Shown: piece after piece, positions 19,540 through 29,538 of the stretch
Position numbering within the stretch: the first letter of the stretch is position 1
Layout: each line of letters starts with the position of its first letter
Assembly: GCA_963808235.1 (NCBI GenBank)
Contig: CAWEEQ010000004.1
Location: 352,001-416,000 of the forward strand
Length of the DNA: 64,000 nucleotides
Direction of reading: 5' to 3'
Origin: an uncultured delta proteobacterium
GTDB taxonomy: Bacteria > Desulfobacterota > Binatia > Binatales > Binataceae
The notes under the pieces: generated by a model
Databases searched by the model: none
Told to the model about the DNA's origin: nothing
Seen by the model: only the letters and a program-made list of their open reading frames with translations
Translations under genes and position numbers: made by a program

Positions 19540-20781
19540 ATGGCCAAGATCTCCTACCGCGTAAGGCCGGAAACCGCTGTCCTGACGCGCGGATTCGATC
19601 CCGCATTGTCGGTCGGGTCCGCCCGTCCGCCGGTATATCGCAGTTCCACTTTTGTGTTTCCCAGTCCCGAAGCCGCGGAACGCGCGTTCGGTATCGTGCT
19701 CGGGAAAGTCAATCCGCTCGGCGACGATCGCCCCGATTTGATTTACGCTCGGCTGAATCATCCCAATGCCGAGATCCTCGAAGAGCAATTGGTGCCGCTT
19801 GAGAAAGGCGCCGCGTCTGCCGCGGTTTTCAATTCCGGGATGGCCGCGATCTTCACGACCCTGCTCACCTTCCTGGAACGGGGCAGCGCGCTCGTCTATA
19901 CGCAGCCTCTCTACGGCGGAAGTCAGCATCTGATTCATCAGATCATCGAGCCGCTCGGTTTCGAGGCGATCGCGGTCGAGGCCGGCAATACCGAAATGCT
20001 CACCCGGACGATCGAGCAGACAAAAAATCTGAAACTCGTTCTGATCGAAACTCCCGCCAATCCAACCCTCATGATGACTGATATCGAGCGAGCCGCCGCC
20101 TCGGTCCATGCGCATCCTGCGCATCCGCGGCTCGCGGTCGACAACACCTTGCTCGGACCGACGTTTCAGCATCCGCTGGTTCATGGCGCGGACCTCTCCA
20201 TATATTCCGCAACCAAGTTCCTCGGCGGGTTCAGCGATCTGCTCGCAGGAGCGGTGCTGGCCGCCGATCCCGAGCTCATCCAGAACCTGACCGGGATACG
20301 TGCATTGCTCGGCAATATTCTGCAAGCGGACGAATGCTGGATTCTCGATTCGCGGCTCTCGACCGTTGGCTTGCGGATGAATCGTCAAAGCAAAAACGCG
20401 CAGCGGATCGCCGAGGAGCTCGCGAAGCATCCTCGCGTCAAGCTGGTTTACTATCCTTCGCTGTTCCGCGATCCCGAACAGGTAAGGATTCGCGACGCCC
20501 AGACCGACTATCCAGGTTCTCTGCTCTCCTTAAATGTGGAAGGCGGAAAAACCGGCGCTTTCGAATTTCTGCGCCGGCTCAGAATCGCGAAAAACGCGGT
20601 AAGTCTTGGCGGAGTGGAGACCCTCGTCTGTCATCCGATGACCACGACCCACAGCGAGCTCTCGCCCGAAGAACTCGCGGCGGCCGGCATCGGCGACGCG
20701 CTGGTCCGCATCTCAATCGGCACCGAACACTGGCGCGATCTCCTCGACGAATTCACCCGCGCCCTGAGCGGCATCAGCTAG
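19540..20781 (+). CDS. PLP-dependent trans-sulfuration enzyme (methionine gamma-lyase/cystathionine gamma-synthase family)
   Basis: YARLNHPN, FNSGMAAI, ETPANP, VDNT, YSATKFLGG, VSLGGVETL. Confidence 0.92.
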   Translation: MAKISYRVRPETAVLTRGFDPALSVGSARPPVYRSSTFVFPSPEAAERAFGIVLGKVNPLGDDRPDLIYARLNHPNAEILEEQLVPLEKGAASAAVFNSGMAAIFTTLLTFLERGSALVYTQPLYGGSQHLIHQIIEPLGFEAIAVEAGNTEMLTRTIEQTKNLKLVLIETPANPTLMMTDIERAAASVHAHPAHPRLAVDNTLLGPTFQHPLVHGADLSIYSATKFLGGFSDLLAGAVLAADPELIQNLTGIRALLGNILQADECWILDSRLSTVGLRMNRQSKNAQRIAEELAKHPRVKLVYYPSLFRDPEQVRIRDAQTDYPGSLLSLNVEGGKTGAFEFLRRLRIAKNAVSLGGVETLVCHPMTTTHSELSPEELAAAGIGDALVRISIGTEHWRDLLDEFTRALSGIS

Positions 20782-20886
20782 GAGATACTCGATGAAGGCG
20801 TGCCGATGAGTCCGCGCAGTGCTACTCTCAATCGGCGCTCCGGAGTTCGAGTCTCCAACGGCTCGAGAAGCGAAGCCAAGACTGAC

Positions 20887-21267
20887 ATGGGGATTCCACT
20901 CATCAAGGTGAGAATTTCGAATCCGCGCAATCCACGCCGAGGCGTCGAGCTTGAATTTCTGATCGACACCGGCGCGATCTTCAGCGTCGTCTCCGGATCG
21001 ACAGCGCGCAAGCTCGCACTCGCGAAACTCGAACGCAAAGAGTTCACCCTGGCCGACGGAACTCACCGCGCTTATGACGTCGGCGAAGCATTCTTCGAAC
21101 TTGGCGACTTGCGCGGCACCTCAAAGGTCGTCTTCGGCCCCCCGAACGTAACTCCTCTGCTCGGAGCCCTGACCCTGGAAAGCCTCGGCTTGATGGTGAA
21201 TCCCGTCACCCGCGAAGTCTCCCCGATGCGCCTATTCCTGGCCTCGTCCCGCCGCCGCGGCCGCTGA
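20887..21267 (+). CDS. Retropepsin-like (clan AA) aspartyl protease
   Basis: FLIDTGA catalytic motif, LADG flap, LLGALTLE. Confidence 0.85.
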   Translation: MGIPLIKVRISNPRNPRRGVELEFLIDTGAIFSVVSGSTARKLALAKLERKEFTLADGTHRAYDVGEAFFELGDLRGTSKVVFGPPNVTPLLGALTLESLGLMVNPVTREVSPMRLFLASSRRRGR

Positions 21268-21438
21268 ATGCTTTGGAGGGGGTTGCAATGCAGACTTGAT
21301 GTTTCCCCCTCAAGTCTAGGACCCCTTTGCTGGCTTCTTGGCCCTTACAATAGTTCTCAAGTCCGCGGTTTGACAGGAAACACTGGCCTTGTGATCTTGC
21401 AAAGGCGTCAATACATGCGCGTGCGAGGACTATAAGCA

Positions 21439-22224
21439 ATGGATCTTCGACTCCAGGAAAAAACGGCACTCATTCTTGGCGGTAGCAAAGGCCTCGGACG
21501 CGGCGTCGCCAACGCGCTCGCGGCCGAAGGCGTCGCGGTCGCACTGCTCGCGCGAACTCAGGCTGCGCTCGACAATGCGGTATCTGAAATCAAAGCGCGT
21601 GGCGGACGAGCCATCGGCCTCGCCGCCGATCTCGCCGATTGGCCGAGCGTCGAGGATGCTGTCGAAGCCGCCCGAAAGGATCTCGGCGCGATCGACATCC
21701 TGCTCAACAACAGTGGCGGCCCGCCGCCGTCGGGCGTCGCCGGCGTATCTCCCGCGGTTTGGGAGGCGCAGTTCAATGCGATGGTGATGCCGCTGTTTCG
21801 AATCACCGATCTTCTGCTCCCCGATATGCGCTCACGCAAATTTGGCCGAATCCTCAACGTCGCATCGACCAGCGTTGTCGAGCCGATCGCCGCAATCGGG
21901 GTGTCGAACACACTGCGCAGTGCGATCGTCGGATGGGCCAAGACCCTCGCGGGCGAAACCGCTCGCGACGGAATCACCGTCAACACTCTCCTGCCCGGCG
22001 CGATTGCGACCGACCGCTCGATCGGACTGAGCCGCGCCGCCGCGGAACGTCAGAAAATTTCCGTCGAAGAAGCGATGAAACGAACTGCGCAGGCGATCCC
22101 CATCGGCCGGATGGGCACCCCGGAGGAGTTCGGCGCGGTCGCCGCATTTCTCGCAAGCCCGCTGGCCGCGTATGTGACCGGCTCCCTGATCCGGATCGAC
22201 GGAGGGTTGATACGATCAGTCTGA
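21439..22224 (+). CDS. Short-chain dehydrogenase/reductase
   Basis: GGSKGLG, NNSGGP, GITVNTLLPG, IDGG. Confidence 0.92.
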   Translation: MDLRLQEKTALILGGSKGLGRGVANALAAEGVAVALLARTQAALDNAVSEIKARGGRAIGLAADLADWPSVEDAVEAARKDLGAIDILLNNSGGPPPSGVAGVSPAVWEAQFNAMVMPLFRITDLLLPDMRSRKFGRILNVASTSVVEPIAAIGVSNTLRSAIVGWAKTLAGETARDGITVNTLLPGAIATDRSIGLSRAAAERQKISVEEAMKRTAQAIPIGRMGTPEEFGAVAAFLASPLAAYVTGSLIRIDGGLIRSV

Positions 22225-22296
22225 TACGCGATTTGAAGTGTCGAATGAATATGCTTCACGTAACGACAACCGATCAGCGCAAGGAAGGTGAATCCT

Positions 22297-22686
22297 ATGG
22301 GCGCGAATGAGAACAAGGAATTGATACGCACGATCTTTGCCTCGAGCAACCCCGCGGCGTTTCTCGATGCCATGTCGGACGACGTTAAATTCAACCTCAC
22401 CGGTACCACCAGGTTTTCGGGTGCCTTCAACGGCAAGCAGGAACTGATGGCCAAACTGCTCGGACCGCTTTTCGCCGCACTTGAGAACGGCATCACGCTC
22501 ACGCCGAATAATCTGATGGCTGATGGCGAGTTCGTCGTGATGCAATCGCGCGGTAGGGCATCCGCCAAGAATGGTCTGCCCTACAACAACAACTATTGCC
22601 ACGTCTTCCGCATCACAAACGGAAAGATTCGCGAGATAACCGAGTACCTCGATACCGAACTGGTTACCAGCGTCTTCGGCAAGTAG
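22297..22686 (+). CDS. SnoaL/NTF2-like protein
   Basis: NKELIR, YNNNYCHVFRITNGKIREITEYLDT. Confidence 0.85.
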   Translation: MGANENKELIRTIFASSNPAAFLDAMSDDVKFNLTGTTRFSGAFNGKQELMAKLLGPLFAALENGITLTPNNLMADGEFVVMQSRGRASAKNGLPYNNNYCHVFRITNGKIREITEYLDTELVTSVFGK

Positions 22687-22721
22687 GCGCGAACGCCCCC
22701 ATCGCGGCCGAGCGCGATTGC

Positions 22722-23978
22722 TCAGGCCGAGAGAAGTTGATGCGCCGGCCCGAGCAGCACGTCCGTCGCGATACCATGCGGACACGCACCCGCGCACGGT
22801 TTCGCGTCGCAACTTAGACACGCCTGTGCGCTCCCCGCGAGCATCGCGTATTCTGCGCGCGCCATCCGCAGGTCGCCGTAGTCGTGCGCATACATGCGCG
22901 TGCGCATCACTTCGGAAATCGGCACGCCGTAAGGGCACGCATCCGCGCATTCGTTGCATCCGTGCCGGCAATACGACTTGCCGTTAAGAGTGGCGTAGCG
23001 ATTCAGAATCTGGAGATCTCTCGCCGCAGTCACCCGCGCGCCCGACGCTCCCAGGTACTCGTCGATTATCTCGCGGCTGGTCATCGAGACTATCAGCGCG
23101 TCAACGTTCGAATTGGACAGCACCCATCTGAACGCCGCCTGCGAAAATGTCGCGCCCCCGGATTCGTACGGACGCATGTCGTTCAAACGCGCGCCCATCA
23201 GGGTCTTCATCACCACCACTCCGACTCCATGCTGCTTCGCTTTCTCCATGATGCGCGGGAGGTCGGGCTGCACCGCGACGAAATCGAATTGCCGCAGGAA
23301 GCGCTGGTAGAAGCGCGGATCCTGGCCGAAGTTGTGCGCGCACAGGATTACATCGAAGTGCCCGCTGTCGATCGCGTAGTCGAGGCACTCGGCCAGATTC
23401 CCCGCATGTCCCGACATTCCCGTGAAGCGAATCTTGCCCGCAGTGCGCGCCCGCTCGACGAACTGGTACCACTCTGGATTTTTCAGCCGCTCGACATTGT
23501 TGACCGCGTGATTGAAGTAGACGTCAACGTGATCGGTCTGCAGACGCCGCAGGCTCCCTTCCAGCGCGCGCATCATCGCATCGCTCTTGTCGTCCGGCTG
23601 CGCGATTATCTTCGAGGTCAGGAATACCTTGTCGCGCTTGCCCTTCAGCGCATTGCCGATGGTCGTTTCGGATTCACCGTCGGTATAGGTTTCCGCCGTG
23701 TCGAAATAGTTGATTCCCAAATCGAAAGCGTGCCGGACCAGGTCTTCCTCTCCCGACGTCAGCCGGCTCGCGCCAAATGAGATGTCGGAAATCTTGAGCC
23801 CCGTGCGACCGAGCTTCGAGTAGCGCCGCACTTGCGGAGTCGTATCGATCGAGGCGCTCGCGCTGGCTCCGAGCGGCATCAGCGATACCCCGACGCCCGC
23901 CATCACTCCGCGCTTGAGGAATTCGCGTCGACCCATCTCCGACGCCGTCGAGTTCGAGCCATCGCGTGATCTTTTCAT
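22722..23978 (-). CDS. Tat-exported aldo/keto reductase with C-terminal 4Fe-4S dicluster
   Basis: GRREFLK twin-arginine signal; GINYFDTAETY; CRHGCNECADACP and CLSCDAKPCAGACP. Confidence 0.85.
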   Translation of the reverse strand: MKRSRDGSNSTASEMGRREFLKRGVMAGVGVSLMPLGASASASIDTTPQVRRYSKLGRTGLKISDISFGASRLTSGEEDLVRHAFDLGINYFDTAETYTDGESETTIGNALKGKRDKVFLTSKIIAQPDDKSDAMMRALEGSLRRLQTDHVDVYFNHAVNNVERLKNPEWYQFVERARTAGKIRFTGMSGHAGNLAECLDYAIDSGHFDVILCAHNFGQDPRFYQRFLRQFDFVAVQPDLPRIMEKAKQHGVGVVVMKTLMGARLNDMRPYESGGATFSQAAFRWVLSNSNVDALIVSMTSREIIDEYLGASGARVTAARDLQILNRYATLNGKSYCRHGCNECADACPYGVPISEVMRTRMYAHDYGDLRMARAEYAMLAGSAQACLSCDAKPCAGACPHGIATDVLLGPAHQLLSA

Positions 23979-24072
23979 CGAGCACCTCACCGACTTGGGC
24001 GCGCGTACCGATCGTAACCGGGTCACCGCAATTCTAACCCGATCGAGTGCCGACGCGCGAGATCGAGAAAGC

Positions 24073-24483
24073 TCAGCGCAGGTCGGCTTTGCGCCGCGTC
24101 AGCAGCAGCGCCGCTCCCGACGAAACGCCGATCGCGACGAAAGGGTAGGGGAGCAGGTACGCCCACGAATGCTCCTGCATAACCGCAGTGCCGCGGTACT
24201 TTGCGACGAACAGGATCATGTTGATGATCACGTACGCGGCGTAGAAGAGTCCGATCGGCAGCGCAAACTTGCGCATCGCAAGTATTCCGTACGCGTATAG
24301 CGCGAGCATGATTCCGAAGATCGGCGCGACGATCGTATTCGCCGTGCCCGAAAGCCGCGTCCCAAAAAACACGAAGCCGACGCCGGAATGATGTGAGAAC
24401 GGTTTGCCGAAATCCGAAATCGCCATCAGCGCGAATAGTATCGCGAAGATCGTCAACGTCACGCCGCGTGATTTATCAGGCAT
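24073..24483 (-). CDS. Hypothetical 4-TM membrane protein (paralog A)
   Basis: RGVTLTIFAILFALMAISDFGKP...FVFFGTRLSGTAN. Confidence 0.75.
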   Translation of the reverse strand: MPDKSRGVTLTIFAILFALMAISDFGKPFSHHSGVGFVFFGTRLSGTANTIVAPIFGIMLALYAYGILAMRKFALPIGLFYAAYVIINMILFVAKYRGTAVMQEHSWAYLLPYPFVAIGVSSGAALLLTRRKADLR

Positions 24484-24501
24484 TGCGGATTCTCCCGTCC
24501 G

Positions 24502-24909
24502 TCAATCTAGTTCAGCGCGGCGTCCGTGCAGAATCATGATCGTCGCCAACGGAACGCCAATTCCAACTACGACGGAAGCAACCGAAACCAGGAGAGCCGG
24601 TGGCGGAGCGTCGGGGTTTTTCGCGGTGTATAGAATCATGTTGACCACCACCCACGGGAAGTAAAGGTACGCGATCACCAGCGCAATTTTGCGCATCGTC
24701 CAGATGCCGTAGCCATAGACCGCGAGCAGAATTCCAAACAGGATCGACAGCGTCGTGTTCGCAGTGCCGGTCATCTTGGTGCCCAGAAACACGAAGGCGG
24801 CATCGGGATCGAGATGAAGTGGTTTGAGGAAATTCGATATCGCGAGCAGACCAAACAAAATCGCGAAGATCGAGAGAGTCACACCGCGCTGCGCTTGCTC
24901 TTCCGCCAA
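24502..24909 (-). CDS. Hypothetical 4-TM membrane protein (paralog B)
   Basis: RGVTLSIFAILFGLLAISNFLKP...FVFLGTKMTGTAN. Confidence 0.75.
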   Translation of the reverse strand: MAEEQAQRGVTLSIFAILFGLLAISNFLKPLHLDPDAAFVFLGTKMTGTANTTLSILFGILLAVYGYGIWTMRKIALVIAYLYFPWVVVNMILYTAKNPDAPPPALLVSVASVVVGIGVPLATIMILHGRRAELD

Positions 24910-25094
24910 GCCTGCATTTCCCCCTGCCGGCTAATTGGTGGAAACACTAGTCAACGAACACGTGTAACGCATCACCCCTTTTTGCATCTTTCCACCGCCC
25001 ACCTGGCGAGCCGGATGCTCACTTGGATGCACTCCCTTTGCTTCCCAGGCACTTGCATCCGCGCGATGAGACTTGATTGGATGCGCATGCATCT

Positions 25095-27055
25095 ATGCGT
25101 CGGCTAGTCGAAGCCATCATTCTGTTGATCTGCGTAGCGTGGCTCTGCGGGCCAACGTGCGCGTCCGCGCAGACCAACCTCGCCAGGAACGGTGACCTCG
25201 CGAGCGGCATCGCCAATGCTCCCGACGATTGGTACGCACTCTCTTCAGACAAAAAGCTGGGCACCTTCTCATGGACCAAAACTCCCGGCGACGGCGGCGT
25301 CCTCGGAATCAATAACCTGAATCAGAATCTCGCGAGCTGGCATCAGGCGCTGATGCTCCCGCCCGGCACCTACGAAGTAAGTGCCGAGGTCCGCGTCGAA
25401 GGCGCCCAGCTAAGCGGTGGCGGCGCAAATATATGTGTGGAGACCTACGATGGTATCCCTCTCATATCGGATCGTCTCCACGGCACCACCGACTGGAAAA
25501 AAATTTCGTTCCTGTTGAAGGAAGATCGATGGGGCGATACCACCGAGCTACTCTGCCAACTCGGAGTCGCCGGTCATCCCGACAATGGCCGCGCGTCGTT
25601 TCGAAATATCAAAGTGATCGCGCTTGCGAGTCCGCCGCATACCCACGCGCTCACCTACGACCTTCGCGCGATTCGCGAGCAGTACCAGTCGCCGGCTAGT
25701 GCCCGTCGGACGGCGATGGGTACCTTCGTGCGCTCGGCATCCTGTCCGGGCTCGCGCTGATAGCTATCCTTGGATGCGCCCTGTTCGCAATCTGGCAGCC
25801 GGCTCTCGCGGCCGGACGTTCCGCATGGATGCTCGCCGCGGCTGCGATGCTCGCGATCACGGTCATCAAATTCGCCGCCCTGTTTCATTTCACCGGCTTC
25901 TACTGGGACATCTGGGCCAAGACCAACCGCGCGCTGCTCGCCGTCGCGCTCGGCCCCGGGCGAATTTACGATCCCGGCCTGCCCGTCGACGCTTATCCGC
26001 CCGGCTCGCTCTACCTTCTCTGGTTATCAGGATGGATCGGCCGCGTGCTCGAGCCGAGCGCCAACGGCTTCCGCGTGATCGTCGAGACCCCACCGCTCGT
26101 CGCCGACTTACTGATCGGTCTCACTCTATACTTCGCTGCATGGCGCGACGGCCGCACGATACGCGCGATCGTCGTGATGCTTCTGTTCGCAGCCAACCCG
26201 GCATTGATTTTCGACACCGTGATCTGGGGCCAGAGCGATTCGGTAGTCGCACTCCCGATGCTGGCGGCAGCCCTGTTGATACTGGCAGGCCGCAATCGCC
26301 TGGGATGGTCCGCGGCCGCGATCGCGATTCTCGCCAAGCCGCAAGCGCTAACCATCGCGGTGCCGCTCGGACTGTGGACTCTATTGGATGCGGGAATAGT
26401 GGAATGCGGATGGAGCGCGGCGGCATTCGCTGGCACCCTTACACTTGGAATCCTCCCATATCAGGTCGGCCACTCATGGGACTGGATAATCAACGTCTAC
26501 AAGGATCTGGGCACCCGCTTCAGCGAAGCTTCGGTAGGCGCGTTCAACTTCATGGGACTGATCGGCGGGATGAACACGCCCGACACCGACAAAATCTTTG
26601 GCGTGTCGTATCGAGCACTCGGATTCTCTCTGACCGCCGTGGTCTACCTGATCTCCTCCTACCTGGTATGGCGCGCGAAATCCGCCGGCTCTGCGATGCT
26701 CGCGACGTTCATCGCGCTATTCGGCTTCTTCCTGTTCGCCCCGCGCATCCACGAGCGCTACTTGTACTACCCGGTAGTCCTACTGATCCCCATCGCACTA
26801 GAAAGCCCCTTCCTAACCACAATCTTCGCCGGATTAAGTGCCACGTTCCTATTCAACCTGATCTACATAAAACACCTGACCGACACGTCGACATATTTCC
26901 CCACTCACCCAAACCCAGCTCTTATAACAGCCGCGATGATCAACTTGACTATATTCATCGCCACAACCACCTACGCCCTACTAGGCAACCCACCGGTCTT
27001 TTCTTCACGCCTCTCCCTTCGGGAGAGGTCGTCGCGCGTAGAGCGCGACGGGTGA
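25095..27055 (+). CDS. Exported carbohydrate-binding-like domain fused to a GT-C membrane glycosyltransferase; frameshift at ~25731
   Basis: Signal peptide plus NLARNGD jelly-roll domain; one missing base links to a TM helix and the GT-C motifs DAYPPG, WGQSDS, KPQA, HERY. Confidence 0.75.
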
Positions 27056-27142
27056 GGGCGCCCGCCCGTTCTCACCGCTCGCCACAAATCATGACGCCCC
27101 GGCCGCGCGTCCGCGCGCCGGCCCCACCTCCTGAAAAGACTA

Positions 27143-27166
27143 GTGGCACGGGCGTCCCTGCCCGTG
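27143..27166 (+). repeat. GTAG/GTGG-type REP palindrome
   Basis: GTGG-CACGGGC-GTCCCT-GCCCGTG. Confidence 0.6.
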
Positions 27167-27628
27167 GATGAAGGCGACTCAGTCGCCCTCCGCCTCCAGG
27201 ACGTAGCGTTCTTCCGATGAAGCGCGTTCTTTTTTTGTGTCATTCTGAGCGCAGCGAAGAAACCCGAATCTTTCTCGGCGCAAACGACTTCGACTTCACT
27301 TGGGGCACGCGAAGCCGAACTGCTCCGAATTCACATCTCCTGGTCGCAGAGAACTGTGCGCAACCAGACCGACCCGACGCCCCTAATAGCCTCTCCCTAA
27401 CAGGGAGAGGCCGACGCTCGTCTTCGAGCGGCGGGTGAGGGTCCGCATCCCAAATTCCGCACACAACCCAAGCCGAGACTCCATGTTCAAGGAGCGGGAA
27501 TCGGCGCCCGCCGCGCTCATGCCTCTCCCTTCGGGAGAGGTCGCGCGCGACACGCTTGTCGCGCGCGGGTGAGGGCGCCTGCGTCGAGCGGAATGTGCGC
27601 GTAGGCTAAGTCTGACTCACTCAAAAAA

Positions 27629-28507
27629 TCACCCCTTCAAAAACTTCAAGATCATCTCATTCACCAACTCCGCCCGCTCCCGATGCACAAAATGCCCGGC
27701 CCCCTTCACCACCTCGATCCTCAACCCCTTAGGAAACAACTTCTCCATCCCCTCGAGCGTCTCCGCCCCGATACATCCGTCATCGCGCCCATGAATCATC
27801 ATCGCAGGCACATTGATCGGCGGCGACGCCATCGATGCCATCTGCTTCGCATCAACCGGCATCTTGAATGCGGCTCCGAGCGTCGCCCGATAATATCCGA
27901 GCGCCGCTTCGAGCGTGCCCTTGGCGCGAAAACATTTCTTCAACTCTTCCATATCCTCGGATGCCCACTTCCACCCGGGCGACCAGTCGGCCCACAACTT
28001 CTCGAGAAACGCGAAGTCGTTGGATGCGACCGCGGCGTCGGCGATCGCAGTCTGAAAAAAGAACATGTACCAGGAGCGCCGCTGCTGCGCGTAGTTGATT
28101 ACCAGCGCCTCGAAAAATTTCGCCCCATACGGAACCGCAGCGGTGACCAGCTTGATGACCCGATCCGGCGCCGCCGCCGCGCCGTAAGCCGCGACCGCCC
28201 CCCAATCATGTCCAAACAAGATCGCGTCCTTGTATCCGAGTGCCGCAATCAGCCCGAGCGCATCCTCGGACAACACTGCGGAATCATACCGCCCGTCCGG
28301 CGCCCCCTCAGTCGGCGCGTACCCCCGCATGAACGGCGCCACCACATGATATCCCGCCCCTGCAAGCGCCGGCATCTGATACCGAAACGAATGCGCCGTA
28401 TCCGGAAACCCATGCAGGCACAAAACCAACGGCCCCTCCCCCATCTCCAGCACCGTGAAGTTGAGATTAGATGCCCGCACCACCCGACTAGTCACTTGTG
28501 ATCCCAT
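27629..28507 (-). CDS. Alpha/beta hydrolase (epoxide hydrolase-like)
   Basis: LHGFPD, GHDWGA nucleophile, HGRDDG, GAGHF; the longer track start runs through REP DNA. Confidence 0.9.
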   Translation of the reverse strand: MGSQVTSRVVRASNLNFTVLEMGEGPLVLCLHGFPDTAHSFRYQMPALAGAGYHVVAPFMRGYAPTEGAPDGRYDSAVLSEDALGLIAALGYKDAILFGHDWGAVAAYGAAAAPDRVIKLVTAAVPYGAKFFEALVINYAQQRRSWYMFFFQTAIADAAVASNDFAFLEKLWADWSPGWKWASEDMEELKKCFRAKGTLEAALGYYRATLGAAFKMPVDAKQMASMASPPINVPAMMIHGRDDGCIGAETLEGMEKLFPKGLRIEVVKGAGHFVHRERAELVNEMILKFLKG

Positions 28508-28996
28508 AATGCCCAACGCATACCCCACCCCCCGCCCAATCACAAAGCCCGAATTCCGAATTTGCCTCGCCCTGACAGGGAGAGGCCGACGCGCAGCGTC
28601 GGGTGAGGGTCCAACTTCCAAATTCCGCGCAGCTCCATTCTTTGTGTCGTCCCGAGCGCAGTAAAATGCTCGGAGCCTGCCCTGAGTATTCCCGAAGGGC
28701 GAAGCGATGTTCCTTTGGTTTCTATCTGTCATCCCGACCGAAGTGGAGCGACCCGGAACCGTCCCCTCTGAACCTCGAACTCTTAATCTTTTAAGGGAGC
28801 GAAACCCACCATGGATTTCGCGCTTCCCCGGTGAATGCGATGCGGGCGGCCTCTACCATGAACTTGCGCTTCGAACGATTCAGCGCGCGCGCCTTTTTTT
28901 CGTGTCTCCCTGAGCGAAGCCAGGAATCCCGGATTCGCCTCTACCGCTTTGTTGCGGGAGAGGCGCCGCGCCACCGGTGAGGGTGTTCTTCCATGG

Positions 28997-29051
28997 GAGA
29001 GGATGCCGGCCGCTTGGCGTCCGTAGCTGAAGGTGCAGCCGGCATTCTCTC
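28997..29051 (-). terminator. Strong hairpin right after the island's last gene
   Basis: GAGAGGATGCCGGC...GCCGGCATTCTCTC inverted repeat; no clear U-tract. Confidence 0.45.
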
Positions 29052-29054
29052 AGG

Positions 29055-29525
29055 TTAGGCCTTCGGTCGACTTAGGTCCTCTGTCCAGACCTGACACATA
29101 GAATCCACCGCAGGTCGAAAGAAAAGCTTAACGATTAGGACCGCGACTACCGCAGCGATTGCAGGTGCAAGTCCGAGGTAGGCGACCAATAAAGCAGCAA
29201 TCGCGGAACCTACGTCTTCCTTACCGAGTTTGAACGCGGCGACTACTTTCTGCCGTTCAGCGGTATTTTTAGTGTCGTCGCCGCAGACAAGATCGTGGCA
29301 TTGCTTGTTGATGCGGCCGAAGAAGAGCTTACCAAAGCGGCGTAAATCGTCCATAGGACCCATCAATGGTGCGTCGTAGAGAAGGTCCGGGGCAAATGAA
29401 CCCGCAATCATCGGGTCCGCAGAGATTCCTCTGCTCCTAATCCCCAACTGCTCGTAAAGCTGATCAGCGTCCGATTGAAAAAGAGAAGTGACGGCAGGTC
29501 TGGCCAATTCGTGTAGTTCCGCCAT
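29055..29525 (-). CDS. Hypothetical 156-aa protein with C-terminal hydrophobic hairpin
   Basis: GAGGAA RBS, 13 nt after the CHAT gene stop; VGSAIAALLVAYLGLAPAIAAVVAVLIVKLFF; three Cys. Confidence 0.8.
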   Translation of the reverse strand: MAELHELARPAVTSLFQSDADQLYEQLGIRSRGISADPMIAGSFAPDLLYDAPLMGPMDDLRRFGKLFFGRINKQCHDLVCGDDTKNTAERQKVVAAFKLGKEDVGSAIAALLVAYLGLAPAIAAVVAVLIVKLFFRPAVDSMCQVWTEDLSRPKA

Positions 29526-29538
29526 GGTGAATTTCCTC

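Larger units (their letters stand above)
27010..28983 (+). repeat. REP-like family CCTCTCCC..GGGAGAGG..(hairpin)..GGGTGAGGG, 5 copies
   Basis: 27010-27058, 27390-27441, 27522-27575, 28565-28609, 28938-28983 (degenerate). Confidence 0.85.

Noticed and set aside
25004-25019. Third sigma54 promoter (TGGCGA-GCCGG-ATGCT)
   Set aside because: GG-N10-GC spacing is right but both boxes deviate from consensus; plausible by chance in GC-rich DNA
25624-27171. 515-aa alternative-frame ORF and other long shadow ORFs (e.g. 53667-54944, 57101-58141)
   Set aside because: Arg/Pro/Ala-rich products overlapping well-supported genes; typical of high-GC DNA
27010-28983. CRISPR array
   Set aside because: Repeats vary in length, are irregularly spaced and interrupted by a gene; no cas genes
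28985-29060. Possible integron attC (GCCTAAC overlapping the stop codon, followed by a hairpin)
   Set aside because: No matching GTTRRRY box at the far end, no integrase and no second cassette site
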